NCBI GenBank assembly: GCA_042571405.1
Contig: JBHPHU010000003.1
Location: forward strand, 3,838 to 67,837
Direction: 5' to 3'
Length of the DNA: 64,000 nucleotides
Origin: Candidatus Omnitrophota bacterium
Lineage (GTDB): Bacteria; Omnitrophota; Gorgyraeia; Gorgyraeales; Gorgyraeaceae
Made by a program: the position numbers and the translations under genes. Shown piece by piece: positions 9,401-17,448 of the stretch. The notes below the pieces were generated by a model. That model did no database searches. It was not told where the DNA came from and saw only the letters and a list, made by a program, of their open reading frames with translations. Each line of letters opens with the position of its first letter. Position 1 is the first letter of the stretch.

Positions 9401-9726
9401 GGGAGAAACCATTTTTCCTTAATAATAAGGGAGAACTTTGTCTAAAGTTCAGCCCGGTATTGCCAGGTTGTCTTTTTACTCAAAAGGCCAAGAATGGATT
9501 TCCAAAAAATAGTTTTGCGTTTAAGTTTTTAGGCAAGACAACAGTTGTGTACCATAACCCCAGAAGAAAAAATACTGCCGGCGCAAACTCAGTAAAGATA
9601 CGTTTTATTATCATCAAATATGATAGCGGCAAGAAGGTAGAAGTAAAGAAAGGCATTATTGATGCGCCTTACGCGCAAAATATAAGAGACAGAAAAGTAG
9701 AGAGGATAGATATTTACCTTGGATAA
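6481..9726 (+). CDS. large hypothetical protein (~1080 aa), no recognisable catalytic motif (glycoside-hydrolase-like guess at most)
   Basis: ORF track start 6439 is TTG; first ATG at 6481 (MKKAVKYH...). No P-loop, no signal peptide; sequence features (DHWTYNLDLV, GWCDSMNGLPG) do not match a family I can name with confidence. Confidence 0.3.
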   Translation: MKKAVKYHIDSNNEFIIENYNQAGNFSNFLPGIAGLFGKPMWAFYVNRAQCVCSFGIKSKDNPIMEFLPANRAYQLVSSQGFRTFIKIKSKKETTLYEPFRVNSEATQKMFISSHELRLKEVNHELGIEVEVTYFTIPGESFAGLARIVTLKNISKKDLKIELLDGAPLFIPYGVSNFFLQKMRRTVEAWMLVENLATRAPFYRLKVDPRDVSETSFISEGNFYLSTLSKHGKKPERLPVFVDPELIFGEINDFSYPANFVNEPGLKVSDSQASQNKLPCAMSLASFKLKKEGSSTLYSLIGHMSSKEKLNSMISRLTDKQFFIDKREENKAIIQELQDDVFTCSAENKYDLYCKQTFLDNVLRGGYPVNFGNSSPTFYVYSRKHGDLERDYNRFYVDPTYFSQGNGNFRDMNQNRRNDVFFNPDVGDSNIFNFYNLQQADGFNPLVLRGVKFRVKNNVLLRDAFKGKVDLNSIKKIEYILQNDFSPGEFFMTIEKAGIKLKRPWHEFLDELLRNCDAKYEATHGEGFWIDHWTYNLDLVESFLSVYPEKLKEILLDKKEFTFYDNSHFVKSHAEKSLLVGLGKVRQYHSLGRDLKKEHLIKKRHDDAYVMRSSKGEGKIYKTTLLVKMLCVIVNKIASIGPCGRGIEMEADKPGWCDSMNGLPGLFGTSTPEVFELKRQVVFILDSLKKLSLSPGVKIRLSGEIQDFMTNLELLIKASKSKKDFYYWSKANLLKEKYRNKIKLGFSGIEATFSILELERILKLFLSKVDSVIKKTYIPSQNVYATYFVNDVSKFKNLNKRDPVTELPLVEPMAFKSTRMPLFLEGNVRAMRVEKDIKRKKALYNAVKKTSLYDKKLNMYKLNGSLEGISKEVGRSSVFTPGWLENESIWLHMEYKYLLEILRAGLYKEFFEEFKNVLIPFQEPDVYGRSVFENSSFIVSSAFPDKKLHGRGFVARLSGSTAEMMTIWLLMNVGEKPFFLNNKGELCLKFSPVLPGCLFTQKAKNGFPKNSFAFKFLGKTTVVYHNPRRKNTAGANSVKIRFIIIKYDSGKKVEVKKGIIDAPYAQNIRDRKVERIDIYLG

Positions 9727-10426
9727 TACTTTAATACCTCTATATATTACAGCGGCTTCAATCGGTTTTATTCACACCCTTCTAGGACCTGACCATTATC
9801 TTCCGTTTATCGTAATGAGCAAGGCAAGGAAGTGGTCTTTGCTCAAGACGGGCGTCATAACGTTTCTATGCGGACTTGGCCATGTAATGAGTTCTGTTGT
9901 TCTTGGAGCCATAGGGATTATTTTCGGTATCGCGGTTATGAGACTGGAGGCATTTGAGGGATTTCGTGGAAATCTTGCAGGTTGGGTCTTTATGGTATTC
10001 GGCTTTACGTATTTAGTCTGGGGAATACACAGGGCAATAAAAAACAGGCCTCACAGGCATTTACATCTTCATTCAGATTCTGTAAACCATTCGCATGACC
10101 ATTCTCACATGAAGGAGCATGCCCATATTCATGGGGAAGAAAAGGCAAATATTACACCATGGGTCCTTTTTACAATATTCGTCCTTGGCCCATGCGAGCC
10201 ATTGATACCGATTCTCATGTATCCTGCGGCAAAAAGCAGCATATCAGGCGTAATTACAGTAGCTGCGATATTCAGCGCAGTAACCATTGCTACAATGCTT
10301 GGTATAGTCTTGGTTTTATCCTTTGGTATAAATCTGGTTCCACTAAGGCGGGTCGAACGTTATACCCATGCAATAGCTGGCGCAACAATACTACTCTGTG
10401 GCATAGCTATCCAACTGGGTTTGTAA
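9719..10426 (+). CDS. metal-ion (Ni/Co-type) transporter family membrane protein with His-rich cytoplasmic loop
   Basis: ~6 TM helices; GPDHYLPF... motif and HRHLHLHSDSVNHSHDHSHMKEHAHIHGEE His-rich loop typical of Ni/Co permease/efflux families; listed start is TTG (next ATG 9815). Confidence 0.55.
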   Translation: MDNTLIPLYITAASIGFIHTLLGPDHYLPFIVMSKARKWSLLKTGVITFLCGLGHVMSSVVLGAIGIIFGIAVMRLEAFEGFRGNLAGWVFMVFGFTYLVWGIHRAIKNRPHRHLHLHSDSVNHSHDHSHMKEHAHIHGEEKANITPWVLFTIFVLGPCEPLIPILMYPAAKSSISGVITVAAIFSAVTIATMLGIVLVLSFGINLVPLRRVERYTHAIAGATILLCGIAIQLGL

Positions 10427-10429
10427 AAA

Positions 10430-11320
10430 TTAGTAACCGAGATTTTTTAGCGCAAATGGGTCTTTGCGCCAGTTTTCGTAGACTTTGACCCAGAGGTCCA
10501 GAAATACCTTTTTCTGCAGTAGGCCTTCAATTTCTTTCCTGGAATTTTCCCCTATTTTTTTTAGCATTTGTCCGTTCTTACCTATGATTATGGCCTTCTG
10601 GTTTTTTCTTTCCACGTAGATGTGAGCCCTGATATAGTAGAGGTCTTTGTCTTTTTTCTCTTTTATTTCTTCCACAGTTACTGCTATTGCGTGCGGTACT
10701 TCCTGATGAGTCCGTTCCATGACCTTTTCCCTTATGATTTCCTGCATAAGGAAGCGTTCGCTTTTATCGCTTAGCTGGTCTTCCGGGAACAGAGGATAGC
10801 CTTCCGGCAGGTATTCCATGATTTTTTTGAATACGATCTCAGTGCCGTCTTTTTTAGCCGCGGCTATAGGGATTATTTCTTTAAAGGAAAATTTCGTAGC
10901 CTGTTCAATAACGGGCAGCACAAGTCTTTTATCGATCTTGTCCATCTTGTTTATGATTAGAAATGTTTCTTTTTCAAAAGGAAGTTGTTGGAATATTGTT
11001 TTATCTTCTCGGGTGATGCCGCTATATGCGTCGATAAGCATGAGCACAAGGTCTACTTCGAGCAGTGTTGACGCGGCCTTGCGTACCATTGTTTTTCCAA
11101 GAAGCGTATTTGGCCTGTGCATGCCTGGCGTGTCTATGAAGACCACTTGAAAATCTTTACCTGAGATTATGCCTTGTATATTATCCCGCGTGGTTTCTGG
11201 TTTTTTCGAAACAATGCAAAGTTTCTCTTTTATGAGCGCATTGAGAAGCGTAGATTTTCCCACATTGGGCCTTCCGATTATAGCGACTTTACCTGCTTTA
11301 AACATGCTTATATTATACAT
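10430..11320 (-). CDS. era: GTPase Era
   Basis: KVAIIGRPNVGKSTLLNAL (G1), DTPG (G3), NKMD (G4), C-terminal KH domain; likely true start at MFKAG (11302). Confidence 0.9.
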   Translation of the reverse strand: MYNISMFKAGKVAIIGRPNVGKSTLLNALIKEKLCIVSKKPETTRDNIQGIISGKDFQVVFIDTPGMHRPNTLLGKTMVRKAASTLLEVDLVLMLIDAYSGITREDKTIFQQLPFEKETFLIINKMDKIDKRLVLPVIEQATKFSFKEIIPIAAAKKDGTEIVFKKIMEYLPEGYPLFPEDQLSDKSERFLMQEIIREKVMERTHQEVPHAIAVTVEEIKEKKDKDLYYIRAHIYVERKNQKAIIIGKNGQMLKKIGENSRKEIEGLLQKKVFLDLWVKVYENWRKDPFALKNLGY

Positions 11321-11385
11321 GTATGTGGTATAATGGGAAGGAAAATAGGAGTTTATCGTTAATATTTGAAGAGTTGCGTTGCAGT

Positions 11386-11695
11386 TTCAGGCTTTACGCA
11401 CCACCCAGACCACTGGCTCTCGGGGACGCAAAATTCCCCCAGCGCGGGAATTTTGCTCAGCCCCGTGCCTCGCTCGTCTTTTCGGTCCAGCGGGCCATTC
11501 AAAAAGCATACGGAATTTTTTGCGGGCATGGTGTCCGCCGAAGGCGGACGAGCAAAAAATTACGCTGAGTGAAGGCCGCCTCGCTGGGGCGGCTGAGCGT
11601 CTTTTTGAATGGCCCGCTGGACCGAAAAGACACCATGCCCGCTCGACACGGCGTATGCCCCGAGAACCAGTGGTCTGGGTGGTGCTAACTATCAT
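11386..11695. repeat. GC-rich (~60% GC) ~310-bp nested imperfect palindrome / foldback element; candidate structured ncRNA or MITE
   Basis: Outer arms CACCACCCAGACCACTGG(C/T)TCTCGGGG (11398-11424 vs revcomp 11661-11687), inner arms TCTTTTCGGTCCAGCGGGCCATTCAAAAAG (11476-11505 vs 11600-11629), central GTCCGCC-GAAG-GCGGAC, local hairpin GCAAAATTCCC-N7-GGGAATTTTGC; mirrored ORFs on both strands (11379..11699 + and 11387..11695 -) are artefacts of the palindrome. Confidence 0.6.
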
Positions 11696-11729
11696 GTAAC
11701 ATTGAAAATATTATCAATAGGAGTTTATA

Positions 11730-12233
11730 ATGAGAGCATTTTATTTTGCATTGGGTACGGCAGTGGTTTGGGGTATTGTGCCGATTTTGGAAAAGATGGG
11801 TGTGGCGAGGATAGCGCCGCTTGCAGGGGTCATGATACGCTCATTAGGAGTAGTTATAGGCGTGAGTTTTCTGGCTGTATTTAACAGCCAGACCTTTAAG
11901 CTTGCCTTAAAGACAGACCCGCGTACGATATTTTTACTTGTGCTGGGTGGATTTATGGCTAGCATACTTGGTCAGATACTTTTCTATAACGCGCTTAAAA
12001 CCGGAGAGGCGTCAAAGGTTGTTCCTATAGCAGGTATCTATCCCCTGGTCACATTTTTATTAGGGATTATATTTCTGGGAGAAACTGTTACTGTCGCAAA
12101 GGTTGGTGGAGTGATCTTTGTAATCCTGGGGCTATTTTTGCTGAGGCAGGCCTTCTTTGTTTATCTCGATCCTTTTCATCATATTAGACTGGCGGTCACT
12201 TATATCAAACACAGTATCGAGCTCTCCGTCTGA
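11730..12233 (+). CDS. EamA/DMT-superfamily small membrane transporter
   Basis: 167 aa, 4-5 TM helices, EamA-like pattern (...VLGGFMASILGQILFYNALKTGEASKVVPIAGIYPLVTFLLGIIFLGE...); RBS AGGAG; 3' end overlaps convergent gene. Confidence 0.65.
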   Translation: MRAFYFALGTAVVWGIVPILEKMGVARIAPLAGVMIRSLGVVIGVSFLAVFNSQTFKLALKTDPRTIFLLVLGGFMASILGQILFYNALKTGEASKVVPIAGIYPLVTFLLGIIFLGETVTVAKVGGVIFVILGLFLLRQAFFVYLDPFHHIRLAVTYIKHSIELSV

Positions 12234-12614
12234 ATCTTCATCTCTTTCCAATTTTATAACCTTACCATCGCGATATTCGCTTCTCTGGTCTATTTTTCCG
12301 TCATAGTCGCTGTCGATTTCAAATTTGGTGCGCTGGCTGTATTGATACCATGTCTGCATATCAACATTTCCATCAAAGTTTAAGTCGATCTTTGTTGTCT
12401 TTTTGCCTTTTTCTCCATAGACGATCCACATATCCAGCGCGCCGTCATAATTTCTGTCAGTTTCTATCTTTACAGGCCTTTCATTCTCAAAATATATCCA
12501 TAGATCAGTTTTTCCATCTTCATTTTTATCTTCTTCTGTGACCTCTGCGGCATTTGCCGCTGGCGCCAGGAGAAAGATCATTATAATTAATCTAAGAATT
12601 GTTGTTTTATACAT
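12132..12614 (-). CDS. secreted Ca2+-binding repeat protein (DxDxDG-type repeats), hypothetical
   Basis: Signal peptide MYKTTILRLIIMIFLLAPAANA; five repeats of D-x-[ND]-x-DG-x-x-D (DRNYDGALDMW, DLNFDGNVDMQ, DSDYDGKIDQR, DEDSDGELDTV, NEDGKTDLW). Confidence 0.55.
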   Translation of the reverse strand: MYKTTILRLIIMIFLLAPAANAAEVTEEDKNEDGKTDLWIYFENERPVKIETDRNYDGALDMWIVYGEKGKKTTKIDLNFDGNVDMQTWYQYSQRTKFEIDSDYDGKIDQRSEYRDGKVIKLERDEDSDGELDTVFDISDRQSNMMKRIEINKEGLPQQK

Positions 12615-12775
12615 ATTTGCCTATTCTGGTGAATTATGATACAATCGTCTTTGATTACATATCCCTCGACTTCACCCCGTACCCTACGTGGGACGGGGCT
12701 TTGCTCGGGATAAATTCGCACTTATCACTTATGCTCCTTTCAGTTGCGTAAGCGATGCGCTCATTTATATTATAT

Positions 12776-14398
12776 ATGAAAAAAGCTAAAATTGCAATTG
12801 CGCAAATAAATACTATTGTGGGAGATCTGGTCGGCAATACAGAGAAGATACTGTTTTGCCTGAACGAGTCAGCCAAAAAGCGCGCGGATATTGTTGTATT
12901 TCCGGAGCTTTCCATAACAGGATATCCTCCTGAAGACCTTGTCTTGAAGCCTCATTTCGTAAAAGAAAATATTAAGTGCCTGAATGTAATCGCAAGGGCC
13001 GCGAAGGATATCATAGCGATAGTCGGATTTGTGGACCAAAAGGCCAAGGACCTATATAATAGCGCCGCAGTTATAAATAATAAAAAAATAACTCATATAT
13101 ATCATAAAAGACACCTGCCGAATTATAGCGTATTTGACGAAAAAAGGTATTTTAAGCCCGGCAAAGGGAATGCTCTTATAAAGGCTAAAGGCTATTCTTT
13201 TTCACTAAATATATGCGAGGATATATGGGCTTCAGAAGATGCTAAAACAAAGAATATTCTAACACGCGCGGACTTTCTAATAAACATCTCTGCCTCGCCG
13301 TATCATATTGATAAAATAAAAGAGAGGAAGACGCTGTTGCTTGCCAAGGCCAGGAGATTCAAGACACCTGTAATTTACTGCAATCTTGTTGGCGGGCAGG
13401 ATGAGCTTGTATTCGATGGCCGCAGCGCCGTATTTGGAAAGTCCAATAAAATTATAGCAAAGGCCAAGGCCTTCGAAGAAGATTTATTGATAGTTGACCT
13501 GGCAGAAAAAAACATAGCTTCACCCAACCGCGCGATTAGAGACATGACAAGGATTGAAGAGGTCTATTCAGCGCTTGTACTGGGGCTGCGCGATTATGTA
13601 AGAAAGAATAATTTTAAAAAAGTGGCCTTTGGACTTTCAGGAGGCATAGATTCTGCATTGGTTGCTGCAGTTGCGGTGGAGGCCCTGGGTAAGGCGAATG
13701 TCTTGGCGCTTTCTATGCCGTCTAGATATTCTTCAGAAGCTACGCAGCTGGATGCCGAAAGAATTGCTAAAAATCTTGGCGTCAGGTTTGTAAAAGTCGG
13801 AATAGACAGTATCTTCGATGTATATGCTAATACACTGCAGTCTCACTTTTCTGGCATGGACCCTGATATAACAGAGGAGAATATCCAGGCAAGGATACGG
13901 GGAAACATCTTGATGGCGTTTTCAAATAAATTCGGCCACCTTGTTCTAAACACAGGCAATAAGAGCGAGACGAGTGTGGGGTACTGTACTCTATATGGAG
14001 ATATGGCAGGCGGGTTTGCGGTAATAAAAGATGTGCCTAAAAAACTTGTTTATGAATTAGCAGGATTTGTAAATAAGAAAAAAAGAATTATCCCAGATAG
14101 TGTCTTTAAGAGGCCGCCGTCAGCAGAATTGAGACCGGGGCAGAAGGATCAGGATAGCTTGCCGCCTTATGATTTAGTTGACGCGATAGTTGATTTATAT
14201 GTAGAAAAGGATAAATCCTTTAGCGATATTGTGAAGAAATTAGGGAATAAGGACGCTGTTAGAAAAGTTTTGAGCATGATTGATATGAATGAATATAAGC
14301 GCCGTCAGGCACCTCCTGGAATAAAGGTAAGTCCTCGAGCTTTTGGAAAGGACAGGCGCATGCCTATCACGAATAAATATAAGGGAGGCGGCCTATGA
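12776..14398 (+). CDS. nadE: glutamine-dependent NAD+ synthetase (CN-hydrolase + NAD synthase domains)
   Basis: 540 aa from second ATG (MKKAKIAIAQINT...); N-terminal nitrilase-like domain, C-terminal GLSGGIDSALVAAV PP-loop (SGGxDS). Confidence 0.9.
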   Translation: MKKAKIAIAQINTIVGDLVGNTEKILFCLNESAKKRADIVVFPELSITGYPPEDLVLKPHFVKENIKCLNVIARAAKDIIAIVGFVDQKAKDLYNSAAVINNKKITHIYHKRHLPNYSVFDEKRYFKPGKGNALIKAKGYSFSLNICEDIWASEDAKTKNILTRADFLINISASPYHIDKIKERKTLLLAKARRFKTPVIYCNLVGGQDELVFDGRSAVFGKSNKIIAKAKAFEEDLLIVDLAEKNIASPNRAIRDMTRIEEVYSALVLGLRDYVRKNNFKKVAFGLSGGIDSALVAAVAVEALGKANVLALSMPSRYSSEATQLDAERIAKNLGVRFVKVGIDSIFDVYANTLQSHFSGMDPDITEENIQARIRGNILMAFSNKFGHLVLNTGNKSETSVGYCTLYGDMAGGFAVIKDVPKKLVYELAGFVNKKKRIIPDSVFKRPPSAELRPGQKDQDSLPPYDLVDAIVDLYVEKDKSFSDIVKKLGNKDAVRKVLSMIDMNEYKRRQAPPGIKVSPRAFGKDRRMPITNKYKGGGL

Positions 14399-14595
14399 AA
14401 GGATTAAAAACAAACCACAGAGAACACGGAGTAATAAATAATTTTTCTCTGTGTTCTCCAAAAAAATATCCTCTAAAAGAGGTTACAGAAAAGATAATAT
14501 CCTGCTGTATAGAGGTGCATTCGAATTTAGGACCCGGATTACTGGAAAACATATATGAAGAAGCCAAAGAAGGAATAAAAAGGCTAATTTTATGA
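14395..14595 (+). pseudogene. truncated GxxExxY-family (PD-(D/E)XK-like) protein fragment embedded in Family-A element copy 2
   Basis: 66 aa; EVTEKIISCCIEVHSNLGPGLLENIYEEA matches the GxxExxY-family signature but protein is ~half normal length; ATG overlaps nadE stop. Confidence 0.5.
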
Positions 14596-14640
14596 GAACA
14601 CAGAGGATTTTGTTATAAAAAATCTCTGCGTTCTCTGTGG
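14412..14640. repeat. Family-A intergenic hairpin-pair element, copy 2, with ~19-bp flanking direct repeats CGAATAAATATAAGGGAGG
   Basis: Hairpins 14412-14468 and 14594-14640 (second followed by TTTTTTT); direct repeats at 14371-14389 (nadE 3' end) and 14659-14677 (RBS of next ORF) look like a target-site duplication. Confidence 0.7.
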
Positions 14641-14683
14641 TATTTTTTTGACAGATCCCGAATAAATATAAGGGAGGTAGTAT

Positions 14684-14965
14684 ATGAAAGACCAGACCAG
14701 CGAAGAGGTTTTTATAAACGTGGTAAAAAGAATAAATCTTTATTTGATTATATTAGGTGTGATTTTTCTTGTATATTTTATAGTTCAGACTAAAGTGAAT
14801 GTGTTTTTATTTCTACTGGCTCTCCTGAATTTAAGTTTTGCGCTTCTTTCCCACAAGCATCTTATAATAACTAATAGGCTTGCAATCGAGTTGCGACGCG
14901 CAAAAGGGTCGCTGAGTGATGTTTCAAAAGAGATGAGGGAGATACATCCGGATCTAAATGCGTAG
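14684..14965 (+). CDS. small membrane protein (2 TM), hypothetical
   Basis: 93 aa, hydrophobic core LYLIILGVIFLVYFIVQ / VFLFLLALLNLSFALL; RBS GGGAGG. Confidence 0.45.
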   Translation: MKDQTSEEVFINVVKRINLYLIILGVIFLVYFIVQTKVNVFLFLLALLNLSFALLSHKHLIITNRLAIELRRAKGSLSDVSKEMREIHPDLNA

Positions 14966-15755
14966 ACGCTTATACTCAACATTTTTAATACCCTTCCTTT
15001 TTTTAGGTATATTTAGCTTTCCAGAGAGAAATATTTCTATTACTGCAGAGTCAGTTGTTCTCATGACCTCCTGGGCAAAGAGGGTCATATATTCCAGGAA
15101 TCCTGATCTTAAGCTTTCACCGGCTTCTACCGCAAAAATAGTGACAGCGCTTCTGGTTTTGAAAAATTCTTCGCTAGACAAAGAAGTGGTTGTGAGTAAA
15201 TTTGCTACTTTGATGGAGCCGTCCAAGATCTACATAAAAGAGGGGGAGGTTTATCTGACGGGGGATTTACTCAAGGCGTTACTTTTAAATTCCGGAAATG
15301 ACGTGAGTGTCGCGCTTGCTGAGAGTATTGCCGGTTCAGAAGAGGAGTTTGTAAAGATGATGAATAAGCTGGCAATAAGTATAGGAGCCAAAGATACTAA
15401 TTTTAAGACATCTAACGGACTCCCTGCAGAGGACCAGTATTCTACCGCGCGTGATTTAGCCTTGATAGTGCGCGAGGCAATGAGACATAAGGAATTTATT
15501 GAAATTATAAAAATGAAAGAAGGAGAGATAAGCGAGCTTAAAAGCGGCAGGCGGATAAAGTTAAAGAGCCATAATAAAAGTTTATGGAAGGATACGCCCT
15601 ATGCAATTTTAGGAAAGACAGGCTATACTAAAAAAGCAGGCAGTTGCTTTGCGGGTTATATTGAGTATAATAGGTGGCGTAAGGTTATTGTGGTGGTTTT
15701 GAAGAGTAAAACTAAATGGAAAGATTTGGACGCGCTGGCAGAGGAGTTCTTATGA
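14958..15755 (+). CDS. D-alanyl-D-alanine carboxypeptidase (serine peptidase S11, PBP5/6-like)
   Basis: SxxK (SPASTAKI), SGN (LNSGNDVSV) and KTG (LGKTGYT) motifs in canonical order; N-terminal signal sequence. Confidence 0.8.
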   Translation: MRRRLYSTFLIPFLFLGIFSFPERNISITAESVVLMTSWAKRVIYSRNPDLKLSPASTAKIVTALLVLKNSSLDKEVVVSKFATLMEPSKIYIKEGEVYLTGDLLKALLLNSGNDVSVALAESIAGSEEEFVKMMNKLAISIGAKDTNFKTSNGLPAEDQYSTARDLALIVREAMRHKEFIEIIKMKEGEISELKSGRRIKLKSHNKSLWKDTPYAILGKTGYTKKAGSCFAGYIEYNRWRKVIVVVLKSKTKWKDLDALAEEFL

Positions 15756-16435
15756 GAAGAATTTTATTTATAGCGATAGGTTTAATTTTTTTAACGTCAT
15801 ATTCTTATGCGGCTCCAGCGTACGGGACGCATATGCCCGAGAAAAGACGTTTTACATGCGGCGCGGAAGGAAATTTTATTGTAGATAGAAATCTGGATAA
15901 TGACGAAGGCTCGACAAGTGGTGATAGATATTTTTTCACCCTCTCCTACGGTATTTTTTCATGGCTTTCGTTTGATGGGAAGGCAGGTATTGGCGATGTA
16001 GGTTGGGATAGGGTTGGCTCAGACAGTTTGACTTACAGTGCTAACTTTGCAGGCGCCTATGGATTCAGAATCAAAGGATATGAAATAAAAGAATGGGGCA
16101 TAAAGAGCGTTGCTGGTTTTCAGCATATCAGTGTACATCCTGACGCAAAGAATCAGGGTGGAAATAAGCACGAGGTAATAATAGATGAATGGCAGGGTTC
16201 TTTGGTTGTTTCCAAGGATATAGGAAGTTTTGCGCCGTATTTCGGAACAAGATACGGCACAGTAGATTTCATAAAATGGCTAAACGAACATGACCGCAAA
16301 CGCATCCAGTCAGAAAAATACTACGGCCTTATTATAGGGTTAGATTATCGTCTTAGTCCGGAGACAAAGATAAATTTAGAGTTTGATTTTCTGGATGGTG
16401 AGGAGTTTGCGGTAGGTTTTAGCCGCGATTTCTGA
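15752..16435 (+). CDS. secreted hypothetical protein (signal peptide; possible outer-membrane beta-barrel)
   Basis: Start ATG overlaps dac stop (ATGA); MRRILFIAIGLIFLTSYSYA signal peptide; alternating hydrophobic/aromatic beta-strand-like segments, C-terminal ...FAVGFSRDF. Confidence 0.5.
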   Translation: MRRILFIAIGLIFLTSYSYAAPAYGTHMPEKRRFTCGAEGNFIVDRNLDNDEGSTSGDRYFFTLSYGIFSWLSFDGKAGIGDVGWDRVGSDSLTYSANFAGAYGFRIKGYEIKEWGIKSVAGFQHISVHPDAKNQGGNKHEVIIDEWQGSLVVSKDIGSFAPYFGTRYGTVDFIKWLNEHDRKRIQSEKYYGLIIGLDYRLSPETKINLEFDFLDGEEFAVGFSRDF

Positions 16436-17444
16436 TAAAGCTCTGAGCTTCTTTCATATTTTTGAAGAATAAAAATGGAAGAGGCTTGTTTTTATATAGC
16501 CGCGCATTTTTTGATATAAAACCTAATCGTGCGTTTAGCATGGCTTTTGCGACCATGTATGCCCTGTGTTCTCCCGCAAGACAGCCTTTCTTTTTTATAT
16601 CCGCGATAAGTTTTTTGGGATTTTTCATGTTGAGCATCTTTTTCATAAATCGCTTTTCGCCAAGGCCTTTGCCAAAACCCTCTTTTAAGTCTGCCTTTAC
16701 CAGGATTATCCCGTTTTTCTTTATGTTAGTCGTGTAGTTAAATGTGCGTGATGCCTGGTATATGTTTATCGACTTTTCTCTAGGTGTATCGCATATTATT
16801 ACACCAAGTTTTTTATTATCTTTTTTCTCGTATATCTTTTTACAGTAACTTGTTGCTTTTTTGAAAGAGGCCCTTGGAGCACCTTTAAATATTTTTGGTG
16901 GATTTGTGTTTACTATATTTATAGAATATGTGATAGGTAGTAGATTGCTTACTTCTTCTATAAAGCGTCTGAATGGATTATTTTTTATTGAGCAGATCCT
17001 GGTACCGGGCTTATCCAGGAATCTAGGATGATGTGTTGCGTTTATGGTCTTTTCTCCTGCAAGTCCGATTGCCACTACTTTTGTCCCGCCGCTATAGCCT
17101 GCATATAAATGCGGCTCAACAACGCCCACAGTTATTATCGAATCGGCATTTTTTAATTTTTTATTAAGATATATAGGTACTCCAGTTTTTGTTTTTCCAA
17201 AATATGCGACAGAGCGTTTTCTGTAGTTGTGAACATTAACCTCGCAGGTTGCCGTACGGCAACCTGCGAGGTTGTGAGGTTGACCTATGTTATCTTTAAT
17301 TTCCTTTTTAGTGGGGGTTCGGTGAAGGCCTGTCGCTATTATTATTTCTACATCCTGTCCCTTTAGTTTTTTCAGAAGAGGAGGGAGTATTGTTTTTAGA
17401 TGCGCTTTACGCGTAAAATCAGGCACGGCGATTATGGTTTTCAT
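16419..17444 (-). CDS. LarA-like (lactate racemase N-terminal domain, DUF2088) protein
   Basis: IIAVPDFTRKAHLKTILPPLLKKL...IIIATGLHRTPTKKE matches the PDxTR / ATGxHR signature region of nickel-pincer lactate racemase LarA; shorter (341 aa) than canonical LarA. Confidence 0.5.
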   Translation of the reverse strand: MKTIIAVPDFTRKAHLKTILPPLLKKLKGQDVEIIIATGLHRTPTKKEIKDNIGQPHNLAGCRTATCEVNVHNYRKRSVAYFGKTKTGVPIYLNKKLKNADSIITVGVVEPHLYAGYSGGTKVVAIGLAGEKTINATHHPRFLDKPGTRICSIKNNPFRRFIEEVSNLLPITYSINIVNTNPPKIFKGAPRASFKKATSYCKKIYEKKDNKKLGVIICDTPREKSINIYQASRTFNYTTNIKKNGIILVKADLKEGFGKGLGEKRFMKKMLNMKNPKKLIADIKKKGCLAGEHRAYMVAKAMLNARLGFISKNARLYKNKPLPFLFFKNMKEAQSFIRNRG

Positions 17445-17448
17445 TGTA

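Noticed and set aside
10159-10488. 109-aa + strand ORF overlapping the 3' part of the metal transporter gene in another frame
   Set aside because: It is fully contained in or overlaps the transporter and era genes, and its sequence has no features of a real protein.
11379-11699. Pair of ~100-aa ORFs on opposite strands (11379..11699 + and 11387..11695 -) with mirror-image peptides (TTQTTGSRG, LFGPAGHSK, LFEWPAGPKR, REPVVWVV)
   Set aside because: They are translation artefacts of a long GC-rich DNA palindrome. Mirror-image proteins on both strands are not plausible genes; treated as a structured repeat or ncRNA candidate instead.
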